A stretch of DNA of 60,881 bases, filler included, from Sphacelaria rigidula (lineage: Eukaryota), in the NCBI GenBank assembly GCA_964200075.2. It is 8 parts of 8 records of this genome, joined end to end, with 100 filler letters (N's around TTAATTAATTAA, not from the genome) between each part and the next. Parts side by side here need not be neighbours in the genome. Positions count along the whole stretch, not along the records: positions 45,738 to 53,259 come from CAXNAA020014525.1; positions 53,360 to 60,881 come from CAXNAA020014526.1; 6 more parts are not named here. The stretch is one strand, 5' to 3'. Position numbers and translations under genes: made by a program. Of the stretch, positions 49,482 through 60,881 are shown in pieces. Each line of letters opens with the position of its first letter. The first letter of the stretch is position 1. The notes beneath the pieces are model-generated. The model had not been told where the DNA came from and made no database searches. It saw only the letters and a list, made by a program, of their open reading frames with translations.

Positions 49482-49705
49482 TACACCGGCGCCCTGGTGG
49501 ATCAGTTGGTAACCTCGAAGCCTTCTGACGGTTGTTGGGACATGGCTTCGAATGTCGGTGAAGTCACACGATCTGCGTTTTTTGCTCGCATCATACCCCC
49601 AACGGTAGAGAATGACCGCGTGGAGCTGGACTTGAGGATCGACGAGGGAAAGGGACAGCTGAGCCCTTCTCGCAATAAAAAAGAAAGGCAAGCACCGCAA
49701 AAGGA
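49482..49705 (+). mobile_element. tRNA-derived SINE, second copy
   Basis: ccggcgccctggtggatcagttggtaacctcgaagccttctgacggttg...ttcgaat...gatcgacgagggaaagggac...aagcaccgca-aagg, homologous to 21630-21848. Confidence 0.8.
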
Positions 49706-50157
49706 AGGCGGAGTGTGCTAAAACAAAATTGAATTAAAATAAACACTCCCGTGTTGACCTTCCTCCTGTGTGACCCCGGCCGATGCGCCCACACACACCG
49801 ATAGGTGTAGACTGGCGTACAGAATAGATGGGATGACAACACACGCACACACACACACAAAGTAGCGACCGAGAAGGCTGGCAGTCCCCTCAAGCACTTG
49901 GCATATACGCCTCGAGGAGAATCCACGTGTACTAACTAGGGTCTCTTCTCTGTCCCTTCCCTTTCCTTTTCTGCTTGTATTTTGCTCTTGTTTTTCATCC
50001 GTTCTTTAGTTCACTCTGTTTCGTCTATTCGATATTTTTGTTTTCTTTTGTTTTGTTTCCTCCACTTTTCTTTTCTTTTTGGCGAGCGTTTCCGATCCGT
50101 ATGCCTCGGTGGTACATACGTCCATCAGCTCGTGATCGCGGCTGGTTCGGTCTCTCA

Positions 50158-50775
50158 GAATTTTGCACACCCTGGATGATGACAGTATGTGGTCAATGGA
50201 TGCGAGGGTCGGACGAATGGATGATTCGTCTGGAAATTACTTGATTTTAGTGTGATTGATTCGTACCGTACGAATCAATCCTTCAGGCTTTGTTTTCAGC
50301 GTTGCAACCCAGCTACGCGCAGCCCAGGCACGTGGAATGGCGCAAAATAACGTGGAGGCCTTTTTGACCAGTGGTCAACTTTTTTTCTCCTTGTTGAGCA
50401 ATCAGGCCTGAAAAGTCGTGGACTTCGTGATTCGAACCGGGGATGATTCGTCCGAACCGCAATAGATACAATAAAAAAAAAAAAATGGATAAAGTATAGG
50501 CCCGTCGCAACTATTGCCGGTCGACAATAGCTTTCAATTGACCTATACATTACCCAGTACATTTTTCGCGAAGTGCATCTATTGACCGTATTCTGTCCAA
50601 AATTTTGCACACCCTGGATAATGACAATATGTGGTCAATAGATGCAATAGACAAAAAAAAATGTACTGGGTAAAGTATAAGCCTATTGCAACTATTGTCG
50701 GCCGACAACTTTTTTCCATTGGCCTATACTTTACCCAGTACACTTTTTGCCTGGTGTATCTTTTGACCATATCTT
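50158..50775. repeat. Tandemly repeated palindromic unit (about 180 bp period)
   Basis: ggtcaatagatgca...gtactgggtaaagtata...tgtcggccgaca...tatactttacccagtac...tcttttgacc (50633-50768), with a preceding partial copy at about 50460-50590. The linker aattttgcacaccctggat also occurs at about 50159. Confidence 0.75.
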
Positions 50776-51162
50776 GTTTAGAGTGTGGAAAATTTTGTGA
50801 AAGATGGCATTCCGGCAATAAAGCGGTACCGTGTATTCAGCCCGCGATGTCCCAGACGACTCACTCACGCAGGCGCAACTTTCTCACCAACTCTCGAAGG
50901 GACGACGACGACCGGAAGACATCATTTTTGAATGACAAACACAAAACAACCCAGAAGAGACCGCAACGGAATTTGAGGAACGCGGGACATCAACCGATCA
51001 TTAATGTCGAGAAACAGCGAACAATGACCATGAAACCAACGAAAATCAAACGCCACGGTGGGTCGGTCATCTGGGTGTTTGAATCACTCTTCAAATGAAA
51101 ACGATGCCAACTGCCGACTCTCACTAGATGATCCACCCTGCCGATCAGAGGGTTGAGGTTTT

Positions 51163-51811
51163 CAGGGCTGTGTTATGTCGGTTACGATTTCTTGTATACC
51201 CGGGGTGTTTACCCGGGTATCACCCGTACCCGTCAGTTACGCGAGTTCTGTAAGTCTCTCATGCTGGTATCCGACAGTTCTAGACGATCTGTACGAAAGT
51301 TAGACCTTCACCGGGGGCACGGGTATACACTCGAAAAAAATACCCGGTTGCGAGTAAGGGTTCCTGTACAACCTTCATACCGTACCCGACAGATTCTGTA
51401 AGTTTTGCAAGGCTTCCGTACCGGTACCCGACACTTGAACCCTTACCCGGGGAACGAGAGTATCCTGGTAGGAATCATACCCGGTTGTGGGCAAAGGTTT
51501 CTGTATAACCTCTATGCCCTACCCTACAGGTTCTACAAGTGCTGTGTGCCGCTCATGGTGGTACCCGACAGTTCTGTAAGTTTTTCAAGTCTCTTATACC
51601 GGTACCCGATAGCTCTGTAAGTTCCGCAAGCCTCTCGTACCGGTATTCCGATAGCTCTGTAAGTTCTGTAAGCGTCTCATACTGGTATCCGACAAATCTG
51701 TAAGTTCTACCAGCCTTTCATACATCATACCGGTATCCGACAGTTCTGTGAGTTCTGTAATAAATCCCATACCCTACCTAACATACCCATACCCTACAGA
51801 GCACGACCGTG
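51163..51811. mobile_element. hAT-like MITE with internal repeats (older copy, opposite orientation to 55623-56181)
   Basis: The ends cagggctgtgttatgtcggttacg / ccctacagagcacgaccgtg and the repeated tacccgacagttctgtaagttc units match the 55.6-kb element. The TSD has decayed. Confidence 0.75.
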
Positions 51812-54461
51812 AATGTTTCCCCCGATTTGTCACCAGCTCAACCCGATACACCTGCTCACCTCGAACGTGTCCGGACAGACGTAGCTTCCCCGGGAAACAC
51901 ACACACAAACACACACCCAGGATGGAAAATCCACCATTTCCGTGCCCGGGGCGATCGATCATTACGATATGCACAAGCGTACAAGAGCGCGGGAAGGAGC
52001 AAAAACACAGCGAGACGTGACGAGAAAGCGGACGCGAAAACAAGTAAGGCATTCGTACAGGGATTCTAGGATACGGGTGCACATTTTTAGTCCAAAAGAC
52101 CTCTGAGGCCCAGATGTTTTTCATCGAGAGACTTCGGCAGTGCAGAGACTCCGGGGAAACAATGTGCACCCTCACCGTAGAAGTACTCCTCACAGCAGAT
52201 GTTGAAAAAGTGAAGAAAAAAAAAAGAGGCAATCTCCGCCGAACGATGAATAAGACGTTTGAGTAGTGCATGCATGTACGAAGGATGGCCCTAAGGAGAG
52301 ACGTCCCTCAGGAACTGCAGTAAACCAGCCCAAAAAACCACCAAATTGAAATTATAACACGTAGGATCTTGACTCTACTCACATGGGGTTCGCTAGGATA
52401 CCGTAGTTGTCAGCGCAAGGAGTGTGTTTAAATGTACGAAAATCAAGCTACATGCTCAATCCGGGGGGGGGTGTACTCATGATCTTGCATGCCGTAGTCA
52501 TATGACCAATGACCTCGCATCCCTACAATGCGGGGACGGAGCACGCCGGGTCTTTGCCGAACCAGGCTTGCAAGCAATCACAAAGCGCGAAGCGCCACCG
52601 TGATGTGTTCGGCGAGTCGCATGAAGGGTGAGTTGCATCCTGCGAAGATTGTTCGGCCCCAGGCGCACTGATAATCTTGCATTTGGATGACATGAAGATG
52701 GTCTATTATCGTCTGACCCAGCTTGTGAAGTACCGCTGGAGTATATGACCTGCTCGTACAATAAATTAGATGGCGGTCTGCAGCTGGTTGGGACGGTGGA
52801 GTGCACAAAATTCGTGGAGTCAGCGGCTAGAGTAGAACAAATCATGAGCACAAGGTCACGGAAGGTACACAGATGCACCACGTGGCCTAATACACGTGCG
52901 TGTTGATTTTGGTTTCTTTTTAATCAATATATAATACGAGGGAATATGGGGCAAAGCTTTGAAACCTATTCAGCTACTCACACAAGCTGGACGGTCGAGT
53001 AAAATGGTGATCAACAAAATTCACTTTTTGGGGGGGTTGTCAAAATGACTGTTCATCGATCGGCTTACCCGGAATGTTTTTTTTTTTTTAGACTTGAACT
53101 AGTTGATTGTACACAAGCTACGTGATCGGTGAGAGCTGTTGACCAAAAATTACGTGATACAAGTTACAGGACAGACGGAAGATAAGGGGGGGAAAAGGCA
53201 CGGGAAGGGGGGGAAATGAGACAAAAAAAAAACAGGCAAGGCACAATCAACGATGGGCCNNNNNNNNNNNNNNNNNNNNNNNNNNNNNNNNNNNNNNNNN
53301 NNNTTAATTAATTAANNNNNNNNNNNNNNNNNNNNNNNNNNNNNNNNNNNNNNNNNNNNTTGTAGGCATTTGAAATTTCAGCAAAAACAAGATAGTGCCA
53401 TAAGTCCACGAAAAAAAAAAAGAATCTGCAGCTAGCTGGACTCTTGAAGTATCAGTTCCTTGGGTTCAGAAGGTCTTCCTGAAATTTCAGCTCAATACTC
53501 GTCGAATTGGGCCGTGTGTTCGACATTTTCCGTGACGCTGCTGCACCCCTATGAATCAAGTGATGGGAGCCTCCAATTAAGGAGGTCATGAGTTCGAATC
53601 CCGACAGATTCTCTTTATTTTTTCGTTGTTAAGGTTATACCTTATGCAGTACATTTTCTCATTTTTTTTCTTCATTCAGCGGCGGTGCCGTGTGTCACCA
53701 GGTTGGTCTACACTTCACAGTGATATGCTTACATCGGGTTCATTCGGGAAACTGGGGAAGCTGTGGTGTGAGCAAGTTTCAGCAGCTTTTAAGCTGGCCC
53801 AGCTCGTACGGTAACATAACTCCTGACGAAAGCCCAAGGTCACCGGTGTCAGGGTATCTGTATCTATCCCCCCCTCCCTTTGGGGGGTTCCAGAGGTCCC
53901 CTGTCGCCGGGAACGGCCGAGGACCCCAAGATACCGGTGGCATCTAGCGAGGCTGCATGTTTTCGAATACGCGCGCACAATTTCGTCTCCCATCCCGAGA
54001 AAATCAGAGGAGAATTGGACCAAATGTGGTGTATGTATGTGGTGTTTGTGCAGGAGAGCGGCCCTCTCAACAACCAACGACAACGCTCCAACCCAGTCAG
54101 CCTTATTGGGCAATTTCAGTACCTACGCCGTGGATCTCCTTTTCTTCGCATTCCACGATCGCGCTCCAGCGTGTACATGGCTCAATTTTTCTGGCCAGAG
54201 TATACACGGCTCAAATCTTCTGTACATCCCATTTTGTCTGTGGTCTGTGGTCGCAAGATCTTCAAAATTGCGGCCTAACCTTAGCCTGTTCGTGAAAACG
54301 ATGACGTGTTTACCGGACACGTCATACTCCAGCGCACCGCAGCTCGCTGACATCTGACATCTGCTGCTAGGCCAACATCTGTACTGTCCCTCGCTGCATC
54401 TTGTGACTCCATCTTGTACGAGAATAGCACGAAGGGGCACAGTAATTCTTCAATTTATATC

Positions 54462-54553
54462 ATGTACAGACTAACACCTTTGGTTGGCCTAATCGCTGTT
54501 GCTGTGGGATTGCGGCAAGCGAGCGCTTTCTTCAGCGGCACCAACATCTTCAG
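54462..54553 (+). CDS. First coding exon of a probable plastid-targeted protein (signal peptide plus ASAF motif)
   Basis: MYRLTPLVGLIAVAVGLRQASA-FFSGTNIF followed by the donor AG|gtgcgt. ASA/F is the stramenopile ASAFAP-type cleavage motif. Confidence 0.7.
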
Positions 54554-55622
54554 GTGCGTGGTTTCATGTTGCGGTCTTGGCGATGACCAGCCTTTTCCCC
54601 TCGGGTGGTATGGTACATCTCTAACCCCGACTGTCTCAAGAGAAAGTACTTCTGCTGTCTAAAGATCCTGCTTTCCGATACATTATGACCGCACCGCTTT
54701 AATGATGCAGTCTTTGGTGGCAGCGCCTCTGTGTGTGTCCTGAAAATTGAGGTCGACAAACGACTCAGTCGGGTGCTGTTACCGCGCTGATGTACGTACT
54801 ACGAGTACGATGGTTCCGCCGCGCTGTAGGTGTAACGGTCTGCGAGTGTCTCATGTACTGGACCGCACCACGTCCTGCCTGTAGATCGATGTAGCCCCAC
54901 GCTATCTTACCGCAACCACGGGGCGCCTACTTTGGTGTCCATCCACGGGCGAGTCGAGGAGGGTGCGTCGAAGCGCTTACTTTGGCCTGTCTTTGAAATG
55001 TGTTCCGTGGTCTGCGAGTATTGGAGTATTTCAGAACTGCCACGCCCTTCGACAATGAACTTCCCGCGTATAGTACTCGTAAGGTGTCTTGGTTTCGCCG
55101 CAGTCGCGGAGCAGGTGCCCGGTTCCATTCTGCAGTACAGTCGCAGCCCACAGCTATGGTGTCGGAACTAATCGCCAGTATGAGTAGTCTGGTATTTTCT
55201 TGAGTCGTCATCTGCTAGCAATTTATCACTGCCACGCCCTTCGGTAACGCCTCTCCTACGCACATCAACTGATTGTGCTGTACTGCTGTCATGTACCTCT
55301 ACAGATGATCGTACAGTTGTACGTGACGTTTCTTGTGCTGTTGACGGGGCTTTGCAAGTGAACGCTGTCCGATAAGAGTTTTGTACCTGGGCATTCAGTA
55401 CAGCACGACAGAAAACCGTATCCTAGCTGCTGTGGTGTCTTGTCGTTTAGGGCCGTTCTAAACTGTTGGGGTTCTTTTCATCAATGTTCAAGATTCCGAC
55501 GACTTTCCGAGTCGGAAAATGGATTCTCCAACGTCTCAATCGAACACTAGACTTCTGTCATTTCATTTCAGGCGCATTTTGAATGTTCATATGGCCGTTA
55601 CTTGATTTTGAGCCAAATCGAC

Positions 55623-56181
55623 CAAGGTTATGTTCTGTAGGGTACGGGCATGTTCTGTAGGGTATGGGATTCCCTACGAGCTTACAGAAATATCGGGTAC
55701 CGGTAAGAAAGTCTTTGAAAAATTACACAACTGTCGGGTACCGGTAAGAAAGTCTTGAATAAATGACAGAAAAAACTCATCGGGTACGGTACGGGAGGCC
55801 TACAGAAACCGAACCGGCGATCGGGTATTTCGGTAAGGGCATACCCGCGCTCCGGGTACGGGCATACATTATGTACAGAACTCACAGAACTGTCGGGCAA
55901 GGGTATGGGAGGCGTACAAAACTCACAGAAACTGTCGGATAGGGTATGAAGGCTACACAGAAAACCGTACCCGCAACCCGGTATATAATCAACAGCATAC
56001 CCGTGCCCCCGGTAACTTTACGGGAGGCTCACAGAACTCACAGAACTATCGGGTAAGGGTATGAAAGTCGTACAGAGTTTACAGAACTGTCGGGTACTAG
56101 TATGGAAGTTTCGGGTAGGGTAAATACCCGGCAAAATACTCCAGGTATACAGAAAACCGTATCCTACGGAATGCAACCTTG
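55623..56181. mobile_element. hAT-superfamily MITE of 559 bp with a perfect 8-bp TSD
   Basis: TIRs caaggttatgttctgtagggtacg / cgtatcctacggaatgcaaccttg, TSD AAATCGAC at 55615-55622 and 56182-56189, and internal acagaactgtcgggta repeats. Confidence 0.9.
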
Positions 56182-56480
56182 AAATCGACTTCTGGTATGC
56201 AAGAGGCACTTTTGCTCCACGGCGCGGCACGCGCCGTGCGGCTACGCATTTTTGCTCCAATTGACGCCCAGGCTCCGATTTGGGCAAAAGTAACGCAGAC
56301 CTGGGTATTCGTATTTTTGCACCCCCTTTACCGGAGGGCTCATTGTCTGCCTCCGTTCAGGTTAGGGTTAGGGCTTGCATTGTGGCGCACTCGGGTTAAC
56401 CGTAAGGAAGATCCGAAATGCGCCTGAGATGGTAAACAGCCCTCCGAGGCATTCCAAACGCGGAAGTGCTGTGCAGCAGT

Positions 56481-57903
56481 AGGGCGGAAAATATATGTGC
56501 ACCCAGGTGCACCATCGTCACCTTGCATGCAAAAACATGTGCGGCTGGTAAGTGCTACCTGACCACCGCGCCCCGACGGTGGTGACTTGGATCACACTGT
56601 CAATCGGAGCCAGCACAAGTAATGCAGAGCATACTGTAGTACAAGAGTAACATGATATCATCTTCTCTCGCATCTCACTCCTCCTCGCGTGGTCGAGTCT
56701 GCTTGACTTTCCACTGCCAGCTCGAAAACGGAAAATGCTGTGTGTTGATTGGTATTTCATTATTTCACAGCTTAAAACTCTATGTTCGCGTACTTCCCAT
56801 CCATGTATTATGCACGCCGACAAAGTATGAAGGAGGGAAAAAGACGGCGGCAAAGTATAAAGGGGAAAAAGCTGCCGCCTGGTGTACCCAGAGAGGCACA
56901 GAAAGCTCAAGGTGGAGAGCGTGGCGTGTACTGGAACAAACAACAACCTGGCGACTATATTATGCGCTTTTATTTATTATTTGTGTTGAGTCTGTCTGTA
57001 TCTCCATGTGCGTCGTGCCGTCTCTGCAGCATCCGTCCGCTGTTTGAGCGACCACAGAGAACGTGTCTCCCCTAGGGTGAGTCCTCTGTTTCTTCGGTAT
57101 ATTTTTCACTTCGAAAGTGCCCACCCGGGCGGTCAAGGGGTTACATTTAACATCTGGCGGCAGACAGGGGTCATGCTCTCCGGGGGTTTGGGAGAGTGTG
57201 ATCCTCTAGTGATACCCATAGACGAAAGGAGGAACGCGCAGGAGGGGGAAGATAATAAGACGACACTATAATGTACTTACAGTCTGTACAGCAGTGTACG
57301 GTCCTCTTTGTTTTTGTTGGGCTTCCGTGTACCTGCTTTGACATGTTTACTCACGCTCCTGTCTGGAGGTCATCATTCATTTTTCTGTAGAGGCGGCATG
57401 ACGCACATAGAGGTACTGATAGACCCAACACAACTAACAAACAAAAGCACATAAAATAGTCGCCATGATGTTGTCTGTTCCGGTGCACGCCACCCTTTCT
57501 ACCTTGGATTTTCTGTGCCTCTGGGCACACGAAGCGGCAGCTCTCTTCCCTCCATATAATTTGTGGGTGAGCGTCATACATGGATGGGAAGAAAGTGAAC
57601 ATACAGTTTTGAGCCTTGAAATAATCAACACGGAGCCTTTTTTACTTTCGAGCTGGCAGTGGGAGGTTGAGCAGACTCGACCACGCGACGAGTAGTGAGA
57701 TATGAGAGAGAGGGCGACATCATGTTACTGTTGTACTGCTGTACTCTATATTGGCTGCGCCGGTTCCGATTGAAAGCGTCGAGTGTGATCAGAGTCACCA
57801 CGGTCGGGGCGGTGGTCATGGGCACTGACTAGCCGCACGTGTTTTTTTCCGTTTTCCCAGGGTGCCGATGGTGCACCCGGGTGCACAAATATTTTTTCCG
57901 GCA
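56481..57903. mobile_element. Foldback/Mutator-like element with inverted arms of about 530 bp (56481-57030, 57384-57903) and a spacer of about 350 bp
   Basis: The arms align in inverted orientation throughout. The mirrored spurious ORFs read VPVHATLSTL on both strands. Confidence 0.85.
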
Positions 57904-58123
57904 CGAGGGTCTGTATGTTTATTCTTGGACCCCATCAACTCCTCGCCCGACATCCTAATGGGGATTCGAAACGAACAACACGATAAAATACAAGTCGTGC
58001 AAGGTTCCGTATAGGAATATATATATATATATATATATATTGTCGGAAAGTGGCCATGGAAAGAGGTTGAAGATAAAAAGTTGCCGAAATATTGACATTT
58101 TCCCCCTCGTTCCGGACAGCCCT

Positions 58124-59515
58124 TGATTGGTTGATTGATTGATTGATCGTCGCACTTTAACTGACCGCCCAGGGGTCCAGCCGTGGTCTCATGATAGACG
58201 TACCCAACAAAACGAAACTGAAACACGCTCCAAGGAAAAGAAAAAAAAAACAGAAAAAAACAGGAATAGTAAGAAAAAAAGAAAGAGGGGTCGAACAGAA
58301 CGACATCGCAGACTAAGTCGTGACAAAAAAAATTAATAAAACGTCAACACAAGCAAAGCACAGAAAGAAATGGCCGACCTAAAACAAGAGAAAGGAAAGC
58401 AAGAGGAAAGTACAAAGTAAATAAAATAAAATACAATAAAACGATGGAAAAAAAAAGAAGAAACGGCCTCAAGGATTCATGGCAGCAGAGTAGATACAGA
58501 CACACACCAGTGGGCACCGCAGAGCCACCGACTAAGGACATAATCAACAACCGATATGAGAGGAAAGGATTTTTCGATTGGCAGCCCTCGACGCAGCAGC
58601 CTCTCGCTTGTGACGGCGGCCTGATTCTCGCTTGTCCGCGCGTCGCCACGTGTCCTCAAACTCTTCCGCTCCCTTTTCGACTCCAATATGCCATGTGCCC
58701 AGGTCCTTCGCCGCAGTGACCCAATCGTATGCATCGTTAACCTCTATACCGTAGACGAACCACTTTTGTCAGGCTCCTTTGTGCGGGACAGCCCCTAGAA
58801 CACGTAGGTTCTCCTTTAGGGTATCCTCCCATTGCTTGGAGGGGCGGCCGATCTCCTTGGGTCCTCGTGTGGAAAACCGACCGTTCATGACACGCTTGGG
58901 AAGGCGTGAGTCCTTCTGCCAGACAAGGGCTCCCGCGACCAAGAGTTGACGTTTGCGGATAGTCGTCTCGATACGTTCGCAGTTGGTCATTTCGAGCACC
59001 GCTCTGTACGAAAGAATCTTGTATCCATTTCGATCGTTCCTGCGGAATCCAACCATTTGCAGCAAGAGCTTGTGACGGGCAGTGCGCAGACTGTCCAAGC
59101 CCTCAGAACGTAGCGTCCATGTGGCACACCCATACAACAGAGCTTCCACCACCTCCGTTTTAAGCAGTCGAACTTTCAAGGATAGCTCGGCGTTGGGTTG
59201 TCGTAGAGTTGGGAGCTATATTTTCGGATACGCGCCCACGCCGCGCTGATACGGCGGTTGATTTCGGTGGACATTTTCGCATCCGCGCTGATAGCTCCAC
59301 CAAGGTAGATGAACTCCCCCGTCTGCTTATACCGTTGACCGGCAGCTCTGATATCCAGGGTGGCCTCCGTGGAACTGGGTACTGACCAAAGGCGCATGGA
59401 CTCTGTCTTACTCTCGAAGACCATCAGGCCGAACTCCTGGCAGATCATCACTATCACGGCCATCATTCGAGTAAGGCCTTCTGAGGTCTTCGAGGCTATG
59501 CTGGCGTCGTCCTTA
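58124..59515 (-). mobile_element. 5'-truncated LINE (RTE-like): RT C-terminal half, 3' UTR and (ATCA)n tail
   Basis: DDASIASKTSEGLTRMM, CQEFGLMVFESKTE, FIYLGGAIS, EINRRISAAW, KVRLLKTEVVEALLYGCATW, RLPKRVMNG and GRPSKQW, with frameshifts. The tail ttgattgattgatt lies at about 58124-58147. Confidence 0.93.
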
Positions 59516-60144
59516 CCAATTCAAATGGGATTTAGCAGTGCTTCTCTTGTGTATGTCTACTCTATATCTTGTTGAACGGGGGTGAGAGTAGCGTCTTTCC
59601 TACACGATACAATGGTAAGGCTGTAGCCTGGTTCAGCCCTCTTCTGAAGCTGGCACCGCCATAGCCCTTTGACCACCATGGTGAATTATCGGTTAGATCG
59701 GATCATTTTTCACTCGAAAAATGAGCGCAAAGCCCACATAATCCACCCTGGCGGTCAAAGTTGTGACCCGTTCAGGCTTGGGGCTCACTAGCGACCACAA
59801 TGCGGATTATCTGACTGGCGGTTAGTGTCGAGAATGACGCATATAGTCGGACTCTGCGCACCCAACCAAGAGCGTGCAGTTAGGGCGACTCATATCCACT
59901 CTCGTTCAGAGTGCAATGAGACGGGACAACGCCGCACCGCACAGCGCCGCACCGCATCATATTGTACAGTCATATAGTTTTTGTGCCCATCTGTGTGTGG
60001 ACTTGTCATCGATAGACGTGACTCCCAGCACATCACGGCAGCAGGGATGTGTCTTGTAGGGTAATGGTGAGCCAAACCAACAGCGAATGCATCTATTTGT
60101 AGAGCGATGTGCCAGCCGAATCCAAGCTCACCGGGTTGTTTACG

Positions 60145-60710
60145 TTAGTCGCTGATGGCTTCTGCCTGCGATCGCGCTGCTGCCATCCATGTCTGGAGGG
60201 TGTGTGCAGCAGTGGTGGGCTTTGCCGTCGTCGTTTCACGTAGGCGCCGCGTGAGCGTGGTTTCTCTCGTGTCCCCGACTGGTTGTTGGTGTTTTGTTGG
60301 CGAGTCGTAAATGCGTTTGCTGGTGGCGCGTACCGATAGGTCAAGCCGGAAAAGCTTGAGAATTTCTTGTTCGATGTCGACACTGATCTCAAGCATGGAA
60401 ACAAATCCATTTTGATTCCATGATTCGATCAACCTGCTGTTATCCCCGAGGACCTGCGCTGCTCTTGGTGTCGTTCCTGGGCACGCTTACGAAAAGGTTG
60501 ACATGACAAAAACTACTCGATCTTTGTCCACGCCAGCCTAATCGCTCGCCCTCTGCACACGTGGTTGATCGACCATTAGCCCGAGAAAAAATAATAAGGC
60601 AAAGGTAACGTATTGACATGGTGTGATGGAAGCCCCAGGGCCCGAGTGAAGAAGCTGCCCAAAATTTGCTTGCACTTGAGATCAAGGGTTATCTCCCAGC
60701 ATTGGAACCC
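60145..60710 (-). CDS. 3' exons of an unknown gene: (60610-60710), 60334-60433, 60145-60192
   Basis: cagcag|...LIESWNQNGFVSMLEISVDIEQEILKLFRLDLS|gtacgc, then ctccag|TWMAAARSQAEAISD*. Phases are compatible; the upstream exon has a weak donor. Confidence 0.55.
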
Positions 60711-60881
60711 CTGCTGTGTACACATACACCTGCCGCGATTACAAGTAAAACGCAGTCGAAAGGCTCCGTAGACTAATGATTCGTAACCCCCCCCCCCCTC
60801 TCTGGCAGCTGCTCTGTCTCGAAAGGGATGCGTGGTCAATGGTCAAACGACTAAGGCAAGCAACAAATGAGTACGCCCCCC

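Noticed and set aside
51163..56181. CRISPR-like appearance of the recurring gttctgtaag/tacccgacag units
   Set aside because: The units are degenerate, lack unique spacers and cas genes, and lie between TIRs with an 8-bp TSD, so they are hAT subterminal repeats.
58444..58719. Plus-strand 91-aa ORF as a host exon
   Set aside because: It is the antisense of the LINE C-terminus and 3' UTR.

Overview
This is eukaryotic genomic DNA, most likely from a brown alga or related photosynthetic stramenopile. The inference rests on intron-rich genes with short GT-AG exons, an ASAF bipartite plastid-targeting motif, TTAGGG-type repeats and the mix of repeat families. The window is not one locus. It consists of eight contigs of 7523 or 7522 bp joined by identical 100-bp spacers (N44-TTAATTAATTAA-N44), so nothing can be linked across a spacer. 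Recognisable host genes: 3' exons of a RhoGAP gene, three exons of the XPF/ERCC4 repair endonuclease, one histone deacetylase exon, two large low-complexity probably nuclear genes, and several partial genes of unknown function (two begin with signal peptides). Mobile DNA: a full-length but internally deleted Ty1/Copia element with near-identical LTRs, a 5-bp TSD, a half-tRNA primer site and an internal inverted duplication; a Gypsy-like gag with a candidate LTR; LINE fragments; tRNA-derived SINEs; a decayed piggyBac; hAT, Harbinger and other MITEs; and a long foldback element. I found no convincing novel multi-gene system. The most interesting items are structural oddities of the transposons and a few unassigned exon chains.
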